From an uncultured Phocaeicola sp. (GTDB lineage Bacteria > Bacteroidota > Bacteroidia > Bacteroidales > Bacteroidaceae), in contig CANQSM010000004.1 of NCBI GenBank assembly GCA_947626525.1, positions 3,080-67,079 on the forward strand: DNA of 64,000 bases, given 5' to 3'. The translations under genes and the position numbers were made by a program. The first letter of the stretch is position 1. Each line of letters starts with the position of its first letter. The notes under the pieces are model-generated. The model worked only from the letters and a program-made list of their open reading frames with translations, had not been told where the DNA came from and ran no database searches. This document shows, piece by piece, positions 1-10,459 of this stretch.

Positions 1-98
1 GCGCATCAGGCAAAGCAGTATCACCTTGGATTAGGTCGTGAGCCAATTGTAAAGGCCACGCTTTCATACGCCAACCAGAATCGCGACTATCGGATCTT
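1..98 (+). pseudogene. IS4-family DDE transposase fragment (DUF4372-type N-terminal region), cut by the window edge and truncated at about nt 98
   Basis: Frame 1 reads AHQAKQYHLGLGREPIVKATLSYANQNRDYRIF. This matches the conserved LYHLG..TL..AN..RDWRI(F/Y) block near the N-terminus of Bacteroides IS4/DUF4372 transposases. Similarity stops where the palindromic element begins, and I found no continuation in any frame. Confidence 0.45.
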
Positions 99-99
99 C

Positions 100-186
100 G
101 GGGTCAGCGGATATTTCAGGTTGGTACCCCATAATGTATCAAGCATATTGCGTGGCAAGCCTGAACCTGAAATATCCGCTGACCCC
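100..186. repeat. 87-bp palindromic element: perfect 23-bp inverted repeats (100-122 and 164-186) around a 41-nt spacer
   Basis: ggggtcagcggatatttcaggtt at 100-122 is the exact reverse complement of aacctgaaatatccgctgacccc at 164-186. Confidence 0.9.
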
Positions 187-489
187 TAACAATCAAAAGT
201 CCTTTGAGAGGGCAAAAATGCATAAACGCCCGCTCAACGAACTTTATCTACACTTTTATGATGGATAAAGTCAATCGTGTGGAATCATTCTTATGTCAAC
301 GGTCTGATCCTTTTTGCTCGAATAGTCTGTCAAGCATGCCGATGGCTTCGAGTTTTTATGCATGATGACCGATACATACCATTGACCGTCATTCACGGTT
401 ATATTGCGTCAGCGTAAAGCCGCAATATCGCTAATACGCAAACCGAATAGCAGGCAAACAGAAATCAGTCACAACGGTGATTTTGCATT

Positions 490-1143
490 TCACTTTTTTT
501 CTCCAAAAGCTAAATCTCCCGCATCTCCTAATCCGGGAATTATATAGGAATGTTCATCCAGTTCAGGGTCTACCGCAGCACACCAAATGGTAGTATGCGT
601 ATTGGAAAATACGTCGGATATATAGGATAAGGCTTGTTCACTGGCAATGACCGATGCGATATGTATTTCTGCCGGTGTTCCTTTGGTGAGCATGGCCTGG
701 TAGCTGAGTTCCATGGAGCTTCCGGTTGCCAGCATCGGATCTACTAGGATTAATGTTTTCCCTTCGATGGAAGGAGAAGCTATATATTCAATATGGATAT
801 CGAACTTTAGAGTGTCTTTATACTTGCGATAGGCGGAAACGAAAGCATTCTCAGCCCGGTCGAAATAATTCAGGAAACCTTGATGTAAAGGCAGTCCGGC
901 CCGCAGGATAGTAGCCAGAACAACCTGATTGTCGGGAACATTGGTTGTTGCGGTTCCCAATGGAGTTTTTACTTGTAGAGCAGTGTAATGCAAGGTCTTG
1001 CTGATTTCATAAGCCATGATTTCACCGATACGTTCAATGTTGCGTCGGAAACGCATCCGGTCATGTTGTATATTTATATCTCGAATTTCCGCTACGTACT
1101 GATTTAGGATAGAGTTGGATTCGTTAAAGTTCACAATTTTCAT
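490..1143 (-). CDS. upp: uracil phosphoribosyltransferase
   Basis: 217-aa ORF with the PRPP-binding motif LILVDPMLATGSS and the C-terminal IIPGLGDAGD motif typical of Upp. Confidence 0.9.
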   Translation of the reverse strand: MKIVNFNESNSILNQYVAEIRDINIQHDRMRFRRNIERIGEIMAYEISKTLHYTALQVKTPLGTATTNVPDNQVVLATILRAGLPLHQGFLNYFDRAENAFVSAYRKYKDTLKFDIHIEYIASPSIEGKTLILVDPMLATGSSMELSYQAMLTKGTPAEIHIASVIASEQALSYISDVFSNTHTTIWCAAVDPELDEHSYIIPGLGDAGDLAFGEKK

Positions 1144-1508
1144 TTTTCAATAAGGATTTTAGGTTTCATAAACTGGTAAGTTTCCTGTTACAGCTTTGTT
1201 TGTATAGGTCTAAAAATGTTTATTGTACAAAAGAACAAATTTATTTTCAAGAATAAAAAGAAATACGGAGAAATTTGATGTATGTATTGTAAACTCTATG
1301 TGGCAAATATGTTATACAAGTCTTAATGCTTTAATGATTAAAGAAATATTTCTCTAAATATTTTTTCAAGAAGAAATAATGTAGTATTTTTGTAGCGGAT
1401 GAACAAGGGCATGACAAAAGCAAATAGTATGAATAGCTCATGGAAGAGCTCATTTTTAAGGAATTAGGTGAAAAGATAATCATTAATATTAAATTAAAAA
1501 ATCAAGAA

Positions 1509-3116
1509 ATGGCAAATTTAGATTTAAGCAAGTACGGTATTACCGATGTGAAGGAGATTCTTCACAATCCTTCTTACGATGTACTGTTTGCAGAGGAAAT
1601 TAAACCGGGATTGGAAGGTTATGAGAAAGGTCAGGTAACTGAACTGGGGGCTGTAAATGTAATGACAGGTATTTATACCGGTCGTTCTCCTAAAGATAAA
1701 TTCTTTGTTAAGAATGAAGCCAGCGAGAATACCGTATGGTGGACTTCTGACGAATATAAAAATGATAATAAACCTTGTTCTGAAGCAGCTTGGGCTGATT
1801 TGAAAGCAAAAGCTGTGAAGGAATTGTCCGGCAAACGTCTGTTTGTTGTGGATACATTCTGCGGTGCAAACCCTGCGACTCGTTTGAAAGTTCGTTTCAT
1901 TATGGAAGTTGCATGGCAGGCTCACTTTGTAACGAATATGTTCATTCGTCCGACTGCTGAGGAATTAGCTAACTACGGAGAACCTGATTTCGTGTCATTC
2001 AATGCTTCTAAGGCAAAAGTGGATAACTACAAAGAATTGGGTTTGAACTCTGAAACAGCTACTGTATTCAACCTGAAAACGAACGAGCAGGTTATCTTGA
2101 ATACTTGGTACGGCGGTGAGATGAAGAAAGGCATGTTCTCTATCATGAACTATCTGAATCCGTTGCGTGGTATCGCTTCCATGCACTGTTCGGCTAACAC
2201 CGATAAAGAAGGCAAGAGCACTGCCATCTTCTTCGGTCTGTCAGGTACGGGTAAGACTACTTTGTCAACCGATCCGAAACGTCTGTTGATTGGTGATGAC
2301 GAGCACGGATGGGATGACGAAGGTGTATTTAACTACGAAGGTGGTTGCTACGCTAAGGTTATCAATTTGGATAAAGAAAGCGAACCGGATATTTACAACG
2401 CCATCAAACGCGACGCTCTGTTGGAGAACGTAACGGTTGACGCAGTGGGTAAGATTGACTTTGCTGATAAGAGCGTGACGGAGAATACGCGTGTTTCTTA
2501 TCCTATTTATCATATCGAGAATATCGTTAAACCGGTATCTAAGGGTCCGCACGCAAAGCAGGTAATCTTCTTGTCTGCTGATGCATTCGGTGTGTTGCCT
2601 CCGGTATCTATCTTGAATGCAGAACAGACTAAATATTATTTCTTGTCGGGTTTTACCGCTAAATTGGCAGGTACGGAACGTGGTATCACTGAGCCGACTC
2701 CTACTTTCTCTGCATGCTTCGGCGCTGCTTTCTTGAGCTTGCATCCGACTAAGTATGGTGAAGAATTGGTGAAGAAGATGGAAAAAGTAGGTGCCAAGGC
2801 ATACTTGGTGAACACTGGCTGGAACGGTACAGGGAAACGTATATCTATCCGTGATACGCGCGGTATCATTGATGCGATTCTTGACGGTTCCATCGACAAG
2901 GCTCCGACGAAAGTGATTCCTTACTTCAACTTTGTTGTTCCTACAGAATTGCCGGGTGTAGATTCGAAGATTCTTGATCCTCGTGATACTTACGGGTGCG
3001 CTTGTCAGTGGGAAGAGAAAGCAAAGGACTTGGCAGGACGTTTCATTAAGAATTTTGCGAAGTTCGAAGGGAACGAGGCAGGTAAAGCTTTGGTTGCTGC
3101 TGGTCCGAAACTCTAA
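1509..3116 (+). CDS. pckA: phosphoenolpyruvate carboxykinase (ATP)
   Basis: Carries the kinase-1a motif [13 protein letters not shown] and IGDDEHGW. I placed the start at the internal ATG ([10 protein letters not shown]), giving 535 aa, rather than the upstream ORF-track start. Confidence 0.92.
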   Translation: MANLDLSKYGITDVKEILHNPSYDVLFAEEIKPGLEGYEKGQVTELGAVNVMTGIYTGRSPKDKFFVKNEASENTVWWTSDEYKNDNKPCSEAAWADLKAKAVKELSGKRLFVVDTFCGANPATRLKVRFIMEVAWQAHFVTNMFIRPTAEELANYGEPDFVSFNASKAKVDNYKELGLNSETATVFNLKTNEQVILNTWYGGEMKKGMFSIMNYLNPLRGIASMHCSANTDKEGKSTAIFFGLSGTGKTTLSTDPKRLLIGDDEHGWDDEGVFNYEGGCYAKVINLDKESEPDIYNAIKRDALLENVTVDAVGKIDFADKSVTENTRVSYPIYHIENIVKPVSKGPHAKQVIFLSADAFGVLPPVSILNAEQTKYYFLSGFTAKLAGTERGITEPTPTFSACFGAAFLSLHPTKYGEELVKKMEKVGAKAYLVNTGWNGTGKRISIRDTRGIIDAILDGSIDKAPTKVIPYFNFVVPTELPGVDSKILDPRDTYGCACQWEEKAKDLAGRFIKNFAKFEGNEAGKALVAAGPKL

Positions 3117-3143
3117 GAAGACAGAGAACTGAGATAATGCAAC

Positions 3144-3180
3144 GGGGGGCTATCCGATTTCGGGTAGCCCCCTTATTTAT
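3144..3180 (+). terminator. rho-independent terminator after pckA
   Basis: gggggcta (3145-3152) pairs with tagccccc (3165-3172) and is followed by a T-rich run. Confidence 0.7.
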
Positions 3181-3219
3181 TGTCTAGTTTTTTGTTTGCA
3201 TTAACATATTTTAATAGGT

Positions 3220-3228
3220 GGGGGGGGG
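3220..3228. repeat. G9 homopolymer tract
   Basis: Nine consecutive G, counted by hand, lying 21 nt upstream of the TAtcTTTG box at 3250-3257. Confidence 0.9.
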
Positions 3229-3249
3229 TAATCTTTAGATTTATCTATT

Positions 3250-3257
3250 TATCTTTG
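3250..3257 (+). promoter_or_regulatory. Bacteroides -7 promoter box TAtcTTTG upstream of the OMP gene
   Basis: Exact match to the TAnnTTTG consensus. There is no TTTG at the expected -33 position; the G9 tract sits there instead. Confidence 0.45.
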
Positions 3258-3391
3258 CCAAAAATTAAAGAAAAGATATTTCTTGATGAACAATTTGTGA
3301 AGTAGCTTTTGTTTTTGTGAACATTATATCAGGTGAAGTTTAAATGGAAAAGGATTTTTTAATAAATATATTAATTTAAAAGATTTGAATT

Positions 3392-3907
3392 ATGAAAAAG
3401 TTATTTATGATGATGTGTTTATGCGCAATGGCAGTATGCGCCAATGCACAGAAAGTTACTGTATGGTATGGTGCTAATATGGCTAAAGTCTCTGGTGATG
3501 CGGACATTGATTCTGAGTTTAAGTTCTTGAACCTTGGCGTTACTTATACAGCTCCTATTGCCAATCAGTTCGATTGGTCTGTAGGCGCGGCTTATGTAAC
3601 TAAAGGTGGTAAAGAATGGGATCCTTCATTGATTCAGCTTGATGTCAATGCTCATTATAATTTCTTGGCTGATGACGATGTGAAAGTTGGTGTTTTGGCC
3701 GGCCCGTATATCGGTTATACGATTAATGATGATGATATGGAAGATATGAAGAAATTAGACTACGGTATCGGCGTAGGTGTACAGGGTATGTACAAGCAGT
3801 TCTCATTGAAAGTTGGCTATGAATTTGGCTTGGCTAATTTTGTGGATGTAAGTGGTGCATCTGCTAAAATGAACGGTTTATATTTCCGTTTGGGATATAG
3901 CTTCTAA
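3392..3907 (+). CDS. small outer-membrane beta-barrel (porin-family) protein
   Basis: 171 aa with a signal peptide ending ANAQ, alternating beta-strand pattern, and a C-terminal LGYSF ending in Phe, as in OMP beta-signals. Confidence 0.8.
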   Translation: MKKLFMMMCLCAMAVCANAQKVTVWYGANMAKVSGDADIDSEFKFLNLGVTYTAPIANQFDWSVGAAYVTKGGKEWDPSLIQLDVNAHYNFLADDDVKVGVLAGPYIGYTINDDDMEDMKKLDYGIGVGVQGMYKQFSLKVGYEFGLANFVDVSGASAKMNGLYFRLGYSF

Positions 3908-3931
3908 AAGAATAATTCCATATTAATAGGG

Positions 3932-3978
3932 ACAGAGATGTTCACGATTGCAATTCAGTCGGGCATCTCTGTTTTTTA
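3932..3978 (+). terminator. rho-independent terminator after the OMP gene
   Basis: acagagatg (3932-3940) pairs with catctctgt (3964-3972), followed by a T6 run. Confidence 0.7.
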
Positions 3979-4199
3979 TTGTATGGAGTCGGCTGTTTAT
4001 GAGGATTAACTTTGGTATTTCCATCGTTTTGAAAACAGGGCCATTGTTTCGGAAGCAGTAGAATAGGTGAAGAAGCATAAAAGTAAGGTAGAGAAGGGGT
4101 GAAAGCATCTTTTGTTAAGTATTGAAAATAGAAAGGGAAAAAATACGGATAATAAAAAGAAATCTGTATGTTTGTATAAACATTTAATGCAAATCGTCT

Positions 4200-4847
4200 A
4201 TGAAAACTTTAAAGTCAATGATGTTAGGTATCGGTGTGTATGCCTTGTGTAGTTGTGTTCCTTCGCATTCTGAGCAAATATCACAACAGAGCGAACGAAA
4301 ATCAGACAGCGCGGTAGTGGTAGAAACCATCATGTCTCGTCGTAGTATTCGTAAGTATAAGCCGCAACCTGTGGAGCGGGATAAAATGGATGTGATTGTG
4401 AATTGTGGAATCAATGCTCCTAACGGCCAGAACAAACAGTCGTGGGAGGTGCGTGTAGTCAGCAATCCGGAGTTTCTGAACGGTATTACGGAAGTATTCA
4501 AGAAAGAAAATCCCAAAGTTGCGGAGGACCCGACTTTCAAGAATATGTTTCGTAATGCGCCGACAGTCGTATTTATCGCAAATGATCCGGGATACGATCT
4601 TTCGAGGATAGATTGTGGGCTGTTGGGCGAGAATATGATACTTTCTGCTTGGAGTATGGGTGTCGGTTCTGTTTGTCTGGGAAGCCCCGTGCGTTTTATG
4701 AATACGGTTCCTGCGGCTCAAGAATATCTGAAGAAGCTGGGTTTTAGTGAAGGATATGAGTTGCTTTATTGCATAGGTTTTGGTTATCCGGATGAAACGC
4801 CTGCTGCGAAACCCCGTGATATGGAAAAGGTAAAGTTTATGGATTGA
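4200..4847 (+). CDS. nitroreductase-family protein with an N-terminal signal or lipoprotein sequence
   Basis: 215 aa. RRSIRKY and the nitroreductase fold motifs follow a hydrophobic leader ending ALCSC. Confidence 0.8.
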   Translation: MKTLKSMMLGIGVYALCSCVPSHSEQISQQSERKSDSAVVVETIMSRRSIRKYKPQPVERDKMDVIVNCGINAPNGQNKQSWEVRVVSNPEFLNGITEVFKKENPKVAEDPTFKNMFRNAPTVVFIANDPGYDLSRIDCGLLGENMILSAWSMGVGSVCLGSPVRFMNTVPAAQEYLKKLGFSEGYELLYCIGFGYPDETPAAKPRDMEKVKFMD

Positions 4848-4869
4848 CATGCACGATACAAAGGGACGA

Positions 4870-4914
4870 CCGCCTATCTATGTCGCAAGGACAAGGATAG
4901 GCGGTTTCTTTGTT
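4870..4914 (+). terminator. rho-independent terminator after the nitroreductase gene
   Basis: ccgcctatc (4870-4878) pairs with gataggcgg (4896-4904), followed by tttctttgtt. Confidence 0.7.
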
Positions 4915-5264
4915 AACTTTGCTGATGTATATTAACGTGAGTCCGACGAATTTTAATTGTCAACCAGTCGGGGTCTCTATGATTGCTCCCCTTTTTCCTG
5001 CATGGGGATGGCAATACCTGCCAACCTATATGAATCGCCATGGTTACGGATGTGTTTTGTTTGTTCCTTGTATCTCCGTTCACCGTCCAGCGGCCGCTGG
5101 ACGGTCCATGCAGATAGGTGCATCGGCTTTCGCAGCTATCTGACTTCACCGTCCAGCGGACTGTTGGACGGTGAGGGATGCTTCCTTGTTATTACTATGC
5201 AACCGTCTTTTCTATGCCTTTAATATAACGTGAGTCCGAAATGAAATCAGAAAAGAGGAATCTT

Positions 5265-7064
5265 TTAGCTGCGGTTGGCACGCTTGCGTTCATTCTCATC
5301 CAAAATGATTTTGCGCATACGCATGCTCTTCGGGGTAACCTCTACGTATTCGTCCTCTTTGATGTATTCCAAAGCTTCTTCCAAAGAGAAGATGACCGGC
5401 GGAATGATACGTGCTTTGTCATCGGAGCCGGAAGCGCGCATGTTGGTCAGTTTCTTTGATTTGGTGACATTGACAACTAAGTCATTGTCGTGTACATGTT
5501 CACCCACTACTTGGCCGGCGTACACTTCATCCTGCGGATAGATAAAGAACTTACCTCTGTCCTGCAGTTTGTCGATGGCGTATGCAAAGACTGTTCCGCC
5601 TTCCATTGCGATAATGGAACCATTGGTACGTCGTTCTATATCACCTTTGTACGGCTGGTATTCTTTAAAACGATGTGCCATGATGGCTTCTCCTTGCGAA
5701 GCGGTGAGTACATTGGTACGCAGGCCGATGATGCCGCGTGACGGGATGTTGAACTCAATATTTACCCGGTCTCCTTGCGTTTCCATAGAAGTCATCTCTC
5801 CTTTGCGGCGAGTGATCATGTCAATCATCTTGCTGGAGAACTCTTCCGGAACGCTGATGGTTAATTCTTCAATCGGTTCACATTTTACACCATCTATTTC
5901 CTTGAAGATAACCTGGGGTTGCCCTACTTGCAGTTCATATCCTTCACGACGCATGGTCTCAATCAGCACGGAAAGATGCAGCACACCTCGTCCCGATACA
6001 ATCCATTTGCCGTCTTCTTCGCTTTTGCGTACACGCAAGGCCAGATTTTTGTCCAGCTCTTTGGCCAAGCGTTCCTGGATATGGCGTGAGGTAACATATT
6101 TGCCTTCTTTGCCGAAGAATGGAGAGTCGTTGATGGTAAACAGCATGCTCATGGTAGGTTCATCGATGGCGATAGGTGGAAGAGGTTCCGGATTCTCGAA
6201 GTCGCAAATGGTGTCCCCGATTTCGAATCCTTCGATGCCGACAATGGCGCATATATCGCCCGATGAGACGGAATTGGTCTTTTTGCGTTCTAATCCTTCA
6301 AAGGTATGGAGCTCTTTTATTTTGGCTTTTGTCAGACTTCCGTCACGATGGGCTAACGTCACGTTCATGCCTTCGGTCAGCGTGCCGCGGTGTACGCGTC
6401 CCACTGCGATACGTCCGGTGTACGAAGAGAAGTCGAGCGAAGTGATGAGCATTTGCGGAGTTCCTTCCAGCTGTTTAGGTGCTGGGATATATTTCACAAT
6501 GGCGTCTAATAGCGGAGTCAGGCTGTCGGTTGGAGTCTTCCAGTCTTCACCCATCCAGTTGTTTTTGGCCGAACCGTAGAGCACGGGGAAATCTAATTGG
6601 TCTTCTGTGGCGTTGAGGCTGAACATCAGGTCGAATACCATCTCATATACTTCCTCCGGACGGCAATTGGGTTTATCTACCTTATTGACTACTACAATCG
6701 GTTTCAACCCTATTTGCAAAGCTTTCTGGAGTACAAAACGTGTCTGAGGCATGGGGCCTTCGAATGCGTCTACCAGAAGAATGCATCCGTCAGCCATATT
6801 CAGTACACGTTCTACTTCTCCGCCGAAGTCGGCGTGTCCAGGGGTGTCGATGATATTAATTTTTGTATCTTTGTATTGAATGGATACGTTTTTCGAGAGA
6901 ATGGTGATTCCTCGTTCGCGTTCCAAATCGTTGTTATCCAAAATCAATTCTCCGTTTGTCTGATCGTTCCGGAACAGGTGTCCGGCCAGCATCATCTTGT
7001 CAACGAGTGTCGTTTTTCCGTGGTCGACGTGCGCGATGATTGCGATGTTTCTAATATTCTGCAT
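5265..7064 (-). CDS. typA: translational GTPase TypA/BipA
   Basis: [13 protein letters not shown] and DTPGHADF G-motifs with EF-G-like domains. Start set at [10 protein letters not shown] (599 aa) rather than the upstream in-frame ATG. Confidence 0.93.
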   Translation of the reverse strand: MQNIRNIAIIAHVDHGKTTLVDKMMLAGHLFRNDQTNGELILDNNDLERERGITILSKNVSIQYKDTKINIIDTPGHADFGGEVERVLNMADGCILLVDAFEGPMPQTRFVLQKALQIGLKPIVVVNKVDKPNCRPEEVYEMVFDLMFSLNATEDQLDFPVLYGSAKNNWMGEDWKTPTDSLTPLLDAIVKYIPAPKQLEGTPQMLITSLDFSSYTGRIAVGRVHRGTLTEGMNVTLAHRDGSLTKAKIKELHTFEGLERKKTNSVSSGDICAIVGIEGFEIGDTICDFENPEPLPPIAIDEPTMSMLFTINDSPFFGKEGKYVTSRHIQERLAKELDKNLALRVRKSEEDGKWIVSGRGVLHLSVLIETMRREGYELQVGQPQVIFKEIDGVKCEPIEELTISVPEEFSSKMIDMITRRKGEMTSMETQGDRVNIEFNIPSRGIIGLRTNVLTASQGEAIMAHRFKEYQPYKGDIERRTNGSIIAMEGGTVFAYAIDKLQDRGKFFIYPQDEVYAGQVVGEHVHDNDLVVNVTKSKKLTNMRASGSDDKARIIPPVIFSLEEALEYIKEDEYVEVTPKSMRMRKIILDENERKRANRS

Positions 7065-7085
7065 ACTATACCTATAATTTGGGCG

Positions 7086-7093
7086 CAAAGTTA
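7086..7093 (-). promoter_or_regulatory. -7 box TAacTTTG (minus strand) upstream of typA
   Basis: The plus strand reads caaagtta, the reverse complement of TAnnTTTG, 22 nt upstream of the typA ATG. Confidence 0.4.
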
Positions 7094-7137
7094 CAATAAA
7101 ATATTTGAAAAATCATTGCGCATCAAAAAAGAATCTC

Positions 7138-7145
7138 TATCTTTG
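7138..7145 (+). promoter_or_regulatory. -7 box TAtcTTTG upstream of rpsO
   Basis: Exact TAnnTTTG match about 40 nt upstream of the rpsO ATG. Confidence 0.5.
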
Positions 7146-7186
7146 CAGCCGCTAAAGAAAGTTTATACACAATTAATTAAAAACGT

Positions 7187-7456
7187 ATGTATTTAGATCC
7201 AGCAAAAAAGAAGGAAATCTTTGGACAATACGGAAAGTCTAACACTGATACAGGCTCACCAGAAGCTCAGATAGCATTGTTCTCATACCGTATTTCCCAT
7301 TTGACGGAACATTTGAAAGTGAACCGTAAAGATTATAGCACGGAAAGAGCTTTGACGGCTATGGTAGGTAAACGTCGTGCATTGTTGAACTACCTGAAAA
7401 ACCGTGATATCGAAAGATATCGTGCGATTGTAAAAGCTCTTGGTTTGCGTAAGTAA
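7187..7456 (+). CDS. rpsO: 30S ribosomal protein S15
   Basis: 89 aa with the [21 protein letters not shown]...RRALLNYL pattern characteristic of S15. Confidence 0.95.
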   Translation: MYLDPAKKKEIFGQYGKSNTDTGSPEAQIALFSYRISHLTEHLKVNRKDYSTERALTAMVGKRRALLNYLKNRDIERYRAIVKALGLRK

Positions 7457-7481
7457 TTTACAAAAGCTGAAAGAAATTGAA

Positions 7482-7516
7482 AGCGTCGCCCATTTAGTTG
7501 GTGCGGCGCTTTTTTA
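7482..7516 (+). terminator. rho-independent terminator after rpsO
   Basis: agcgtcgc pairs with gcggcgct (one G-U pair), followed by a T6 run. Confidence 0.65.
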
Positions 7517-7676
7517 TGATAAATCAATAAAAAGTGGACAGATTGTCGGCTTTCGGAGGAAATCTTGCTATCTTTGCCCGGAAAAGTAAGGAAATGTTGT
7601 ATCCGGTTGTTCTTAAAGAATCAGACGGGAATTTTCTGTATGGCTTCGCAAGAATGATAAAATAGATAGAATAAAT

Positions 7677-9152
7677 ATGGAACAGAAACTGATTATTTAC
7701 AATACCTTGTCGCGGAAAAAGGAACCCTTTGTACCTCTGCATGCTCCACATGTGGGAATGTATGTTTGTGGTCCGACGGTGTATGGGGATGCTCATTTGG
7801 GGCATGCCCGTCCGGCCATCACTTTTGATTTGCTCTTCCGTTATCTGACACATATCGGATATAAGGTACGTTATGTGCGTAATATTACCGATGTCGGTCA
7901 TTTGGAACATGATGCCGATGACGGTGAGGATAAAGTAGCCAAGAAAGCTCGTTTGGAGCAATTGGAGCCGATGGAAGTAGTGCAATATTATCTGAATCGT
8001 TATCATAGGGCGATGGAAGCGCTGAATGTGTTGCCTCCTAGTATAGAACCGCATGCTTCCGGACATATTATCGAACAGATTGAACTGGTAAAGGAAATTC
8101 TCGATAACGGCTACGCTTATGTAAGCGAAGGTTCCGTATATTTCGATGTCGCCAAGTACAATGAGGATCACCATTATGGAAAACTTTCCGGACGTAATCT
8201 GGATGATGTGCTGAATACAACCCGCGAGCTGGACGGACAGCAGGAGAAACATAATCCCGCCGACTTCGCTTTGTGGAAATGTGCCCAGCCGGAACATATT
8301 ATGCGCTGGCCGAGTCCGTGGAGCAATGGTTTTCCAGGCTGGCACTGTGAGTGTACGGCAATGGGACGTAAGTATTTGGGCGCTCATTTTGACATTCATG
8401 GAGGTGGAATGGATTTGATCTTTCCGCATCATGAGTGCGAGATAGCCCAGAGCGTAGCCTCACAGGGAGATGATATGGTGCATTATTGGATGCATAACAA
8501 TATGATTACCATTAATGGCACGAAGATGGGGAAGAGCTTGGGGAATTTTATTACGTTGGACGAATTTTTCAATGGGACGCATAAATTGCTTACTCAGGCG
8601 TATAGTCCGATGACTATACGCTTCTTTATTCTTCAGGCGCATTATCGCAGTACGGTAGACTTCAGTAATGAAGCCTTGCAGGCTGCGGAGAAAGGATTGG
8701 AACGGTTGACGGAAGCTGTGAGGAATTTGGATCGCATACAGCCCGCCGCTACTTCTACCGTGGATGTGGGCGGCCTGCGTGCGAAGTGTTATGAGGCGAT
8801 GAATGACGACTTGAACTCTCCGGTCGTGATTGCCCATTTGTTTGACGGATGCCGCATGATTAATACACTGCTCGATAAAAAGGCGACCATTCGTGCTGAA
8901 GATTTGGAAGAACTGAAAGGTGTGTTCCGTTTGTTCATGTTTGAAATTTTGGGCTTGAAAGAAGATCATGTTTCCGATGCCGGACGGGAGGAGGCTTTTG
9001 GCAAAGTTGTGGATATGTTGTTGGAACAACGTATGATTGCTAAAGCAAATAAAGACTGGGCTACCAGTGATAAGATACGTGATGAGTTGACGGCTTTGGG
9101 CTTTGAGATTAAAGATACGAAGGAAGGAGCTACTTGGCGGCTGAATAAGTAA
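7677..9152 (+). CDS. cysS: cysteine--tRNA ligase
   Basis: 491 aa with the class I HIGH-type motif ([10 protein letters not shown]) and the KMSKS-type motif (KMGKSLGN). Confidence 0.93.
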   Translation: MEQKLIIYNTLSRKKEPFVPLHAPHVGMYVCGPTVYGDAHLGHARPAITFDLLFRYLTHIGYKVRYVRNITDVGHLEHDADDGEDKVAKKARLEQLEPMEVVQYYLNRYHRAMEALNVLPPSIEPHASGHIIEQIELVKEILDNGYAYVSEGSVYFDVAKYNEDHHYGKLSGRNLDDVLNTTRELDGQQEKHNPADFALWKCAQPEHIMRWPSPWSNGFPGWHCECTAMGRKYLGAHFDIHGGGMDLIFPHHECEIAQSVASQGDDMVHYWMHNNMITINGTKMGKSLGNFITLDEFFNGTHKLLTQAYSPMTIRFFILQAHYRSTVDFSNEALQAAEKGLERLTEAVRNLDRIQPAATSTVDVGGLRAKCYEAMNDDLNSPVVIAHLFDGCRMINTLLDKKATIRAEDLEELKGVFRLFMFEILGLKEDHVSDAGREEAFGKVVDMLLEQRMIAKANKDWATSDKIRDELTALGFEIKDTKEGATWRLNK

Positions 9153-9341
9153 AACGGGACTTCGGCAAATTAGGATTGGAAAACGCGGGTACGAAGAGTG
9201 GTGGCAGGTTGCCATTTTTCGTACCTGTTTTTTATAAGCTTCGTGTCCCTTTCCAGCGGTTCTTTACAGTCTTCCGCGTTTATCTTTTGTCCTCTTTTTA
9301 TTAAATACTTCTAAATAATTGTTATTCCGTGACAAATGCCA

Positions 9342-9349
9342 TATCTTTG
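9342..9349 (+). promoter_or_regulatory. -7 box TAtcTTTG upstream of kduI
   Basis: Exact TAnnTTTG match, with a partial -33 element (aTTG) 20 nt upstream. Confidence 0.5.
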
Positions 9350-9393
9350 CTTATCCCATTTAGAAAATTGTATGATTAAATAACGACAAGAGT

Positions 9394-10236
9394 ATGAAAA
9401 CAAATTATGAAATTCGTTATGCTGCGCATCCGGAAGATGCGAAAAGCTACGATACTGCAAGAATCCGTCGGGATTTTTTGATTGAGCGTGTGTTTGCTGC
9501 TGATGAGGTGAATATGGTGTATTCTATGTACGACCGCATGATTGTAGGTGGAGCTATGCCGGTAAAGGAAACTTTGAAACTGGAAGCCATTGATCCGTTG
9601 AAGGCTCCTTATTTTACGACCCGTCGTGAAATAGGTATGTTCAATGTAGGTGGACCGGGTATTGTAAAGGCCGGTGATGCCGTGTTTGAACTGAACTATA
9701 AAGAAGCATTGTATTTGGGTTCAGGTGACAGAGAGATTACCTTTGAAAGCAAGGATGCAGGGAACCCGGCAAAATTCTATTTTAACTCTTGCACTGCACA
9801 CTGTAACTATCCCGACAAGAAAATTACCAAGGCTGATGCCGTGGTGGCTCACATGGGCTCACTTGAAGGATCTAATGAGCGCAACATCAATAAGATGATT
9901 GTCAATCAGGTATTGCCTACTTGTCAGCTTCAGATGGGTATGACTGAATTGAATACAGGTTCTGTATGGAATACGATGCCTGCTCATGTACATAGTCGTC
10001 GTATGGAAGCTTATTTCTATTTTGAAGTCCCGGAAGATCAGGCTGTTTGCCATTTTATGGGTGAAGTGAATGAAACACGTCACTTATGGATGAAAGGCGA
10101 TCAGGCAGTATTGTCTCCCGAATGGTCTATTCATAGCGCGGCCGCTACACATAACTATACTTTTATTTGGGGTATGGGTGGTGAGAACTTGGATTATGGA
10201 GATCAGGACTTCTCGTTGATTACCGACTTGAAATAG
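9394..10236 (+). CDS. kduI: 5-dehydro-4-deoxy-D-glucuronate isomerase
   Basis: 280 aa. The MKTNYEIRYAAHPED start, cupin core and length are typical of KduI. Confidence 0.88.
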   Translation: MKTNYEIRYAAHPEDAKSYDTARIRRDFLIERVFAADEVNMVYSMYDRMIVGGAMPVKETLKLEAIDPLKAPYFTTRREIGMFNVGGPGIVKAGDAVFELNYKEALYLGSGDREITFESKDAGNPAKFYFNSCTAHCNYPDKKITKADAVVAHMGSLEGSNERNINKMIVNQVLPTCQLQMGMTELNTGSVWNTMPAHVHSRRMEAYFYFEVPEDQAVCHFMGEVNETRHLWMKGDQAVLSPEWSIHSAAATHNYTFIWGMGGENLDYGDQDFSLITDLK

Positions 10237-10459
10237 TCTTTTAGTACAGATATTTTTCGGATTAACACGGATAAATTAGGTTTGAAGTGACTCGGTACCA
10301 GTCTCGTTATCATGAAAACGCGATCCGAATGAGGGGTGTCGCATCAGGTGAGAGAAACATACTGTCCGAACTATTGTCGTTGCCTGTGCTAATCCGTAAA
10401 AGTTCAGTATTGGAGAACATTCGAAAAGAAAATGTTGAATTATTATAATACAAAAAATT

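Noticed and set aside
1440-1508. N-terminal extensions in the ORF track (pckA 1440, typA 7088, DUF2723 gene 19314, lipoprotein gene 21468, znuA-like 27228, DUF3108-like 41201, DUF4251-like 42704, cobB 52099, second FKBP 52903)
   Set aside because: In each case an internal ATG gives the canonical N-terminus or signal peptide. Some extensions would also start at non-ATG codons or overlap upstream genes.
5569-6579. 336-aa ORF on the plus strand
   Set aside because: It is antisense to typA, with Ser/Pro/Arg-rich low-complexity content. This is a shadow ORF.
7524-9215. 302-aa and 251-aa minus-strand ORFs
   Set aside because: They are antisense to cysS, which carries clear class I synthetase motifs.
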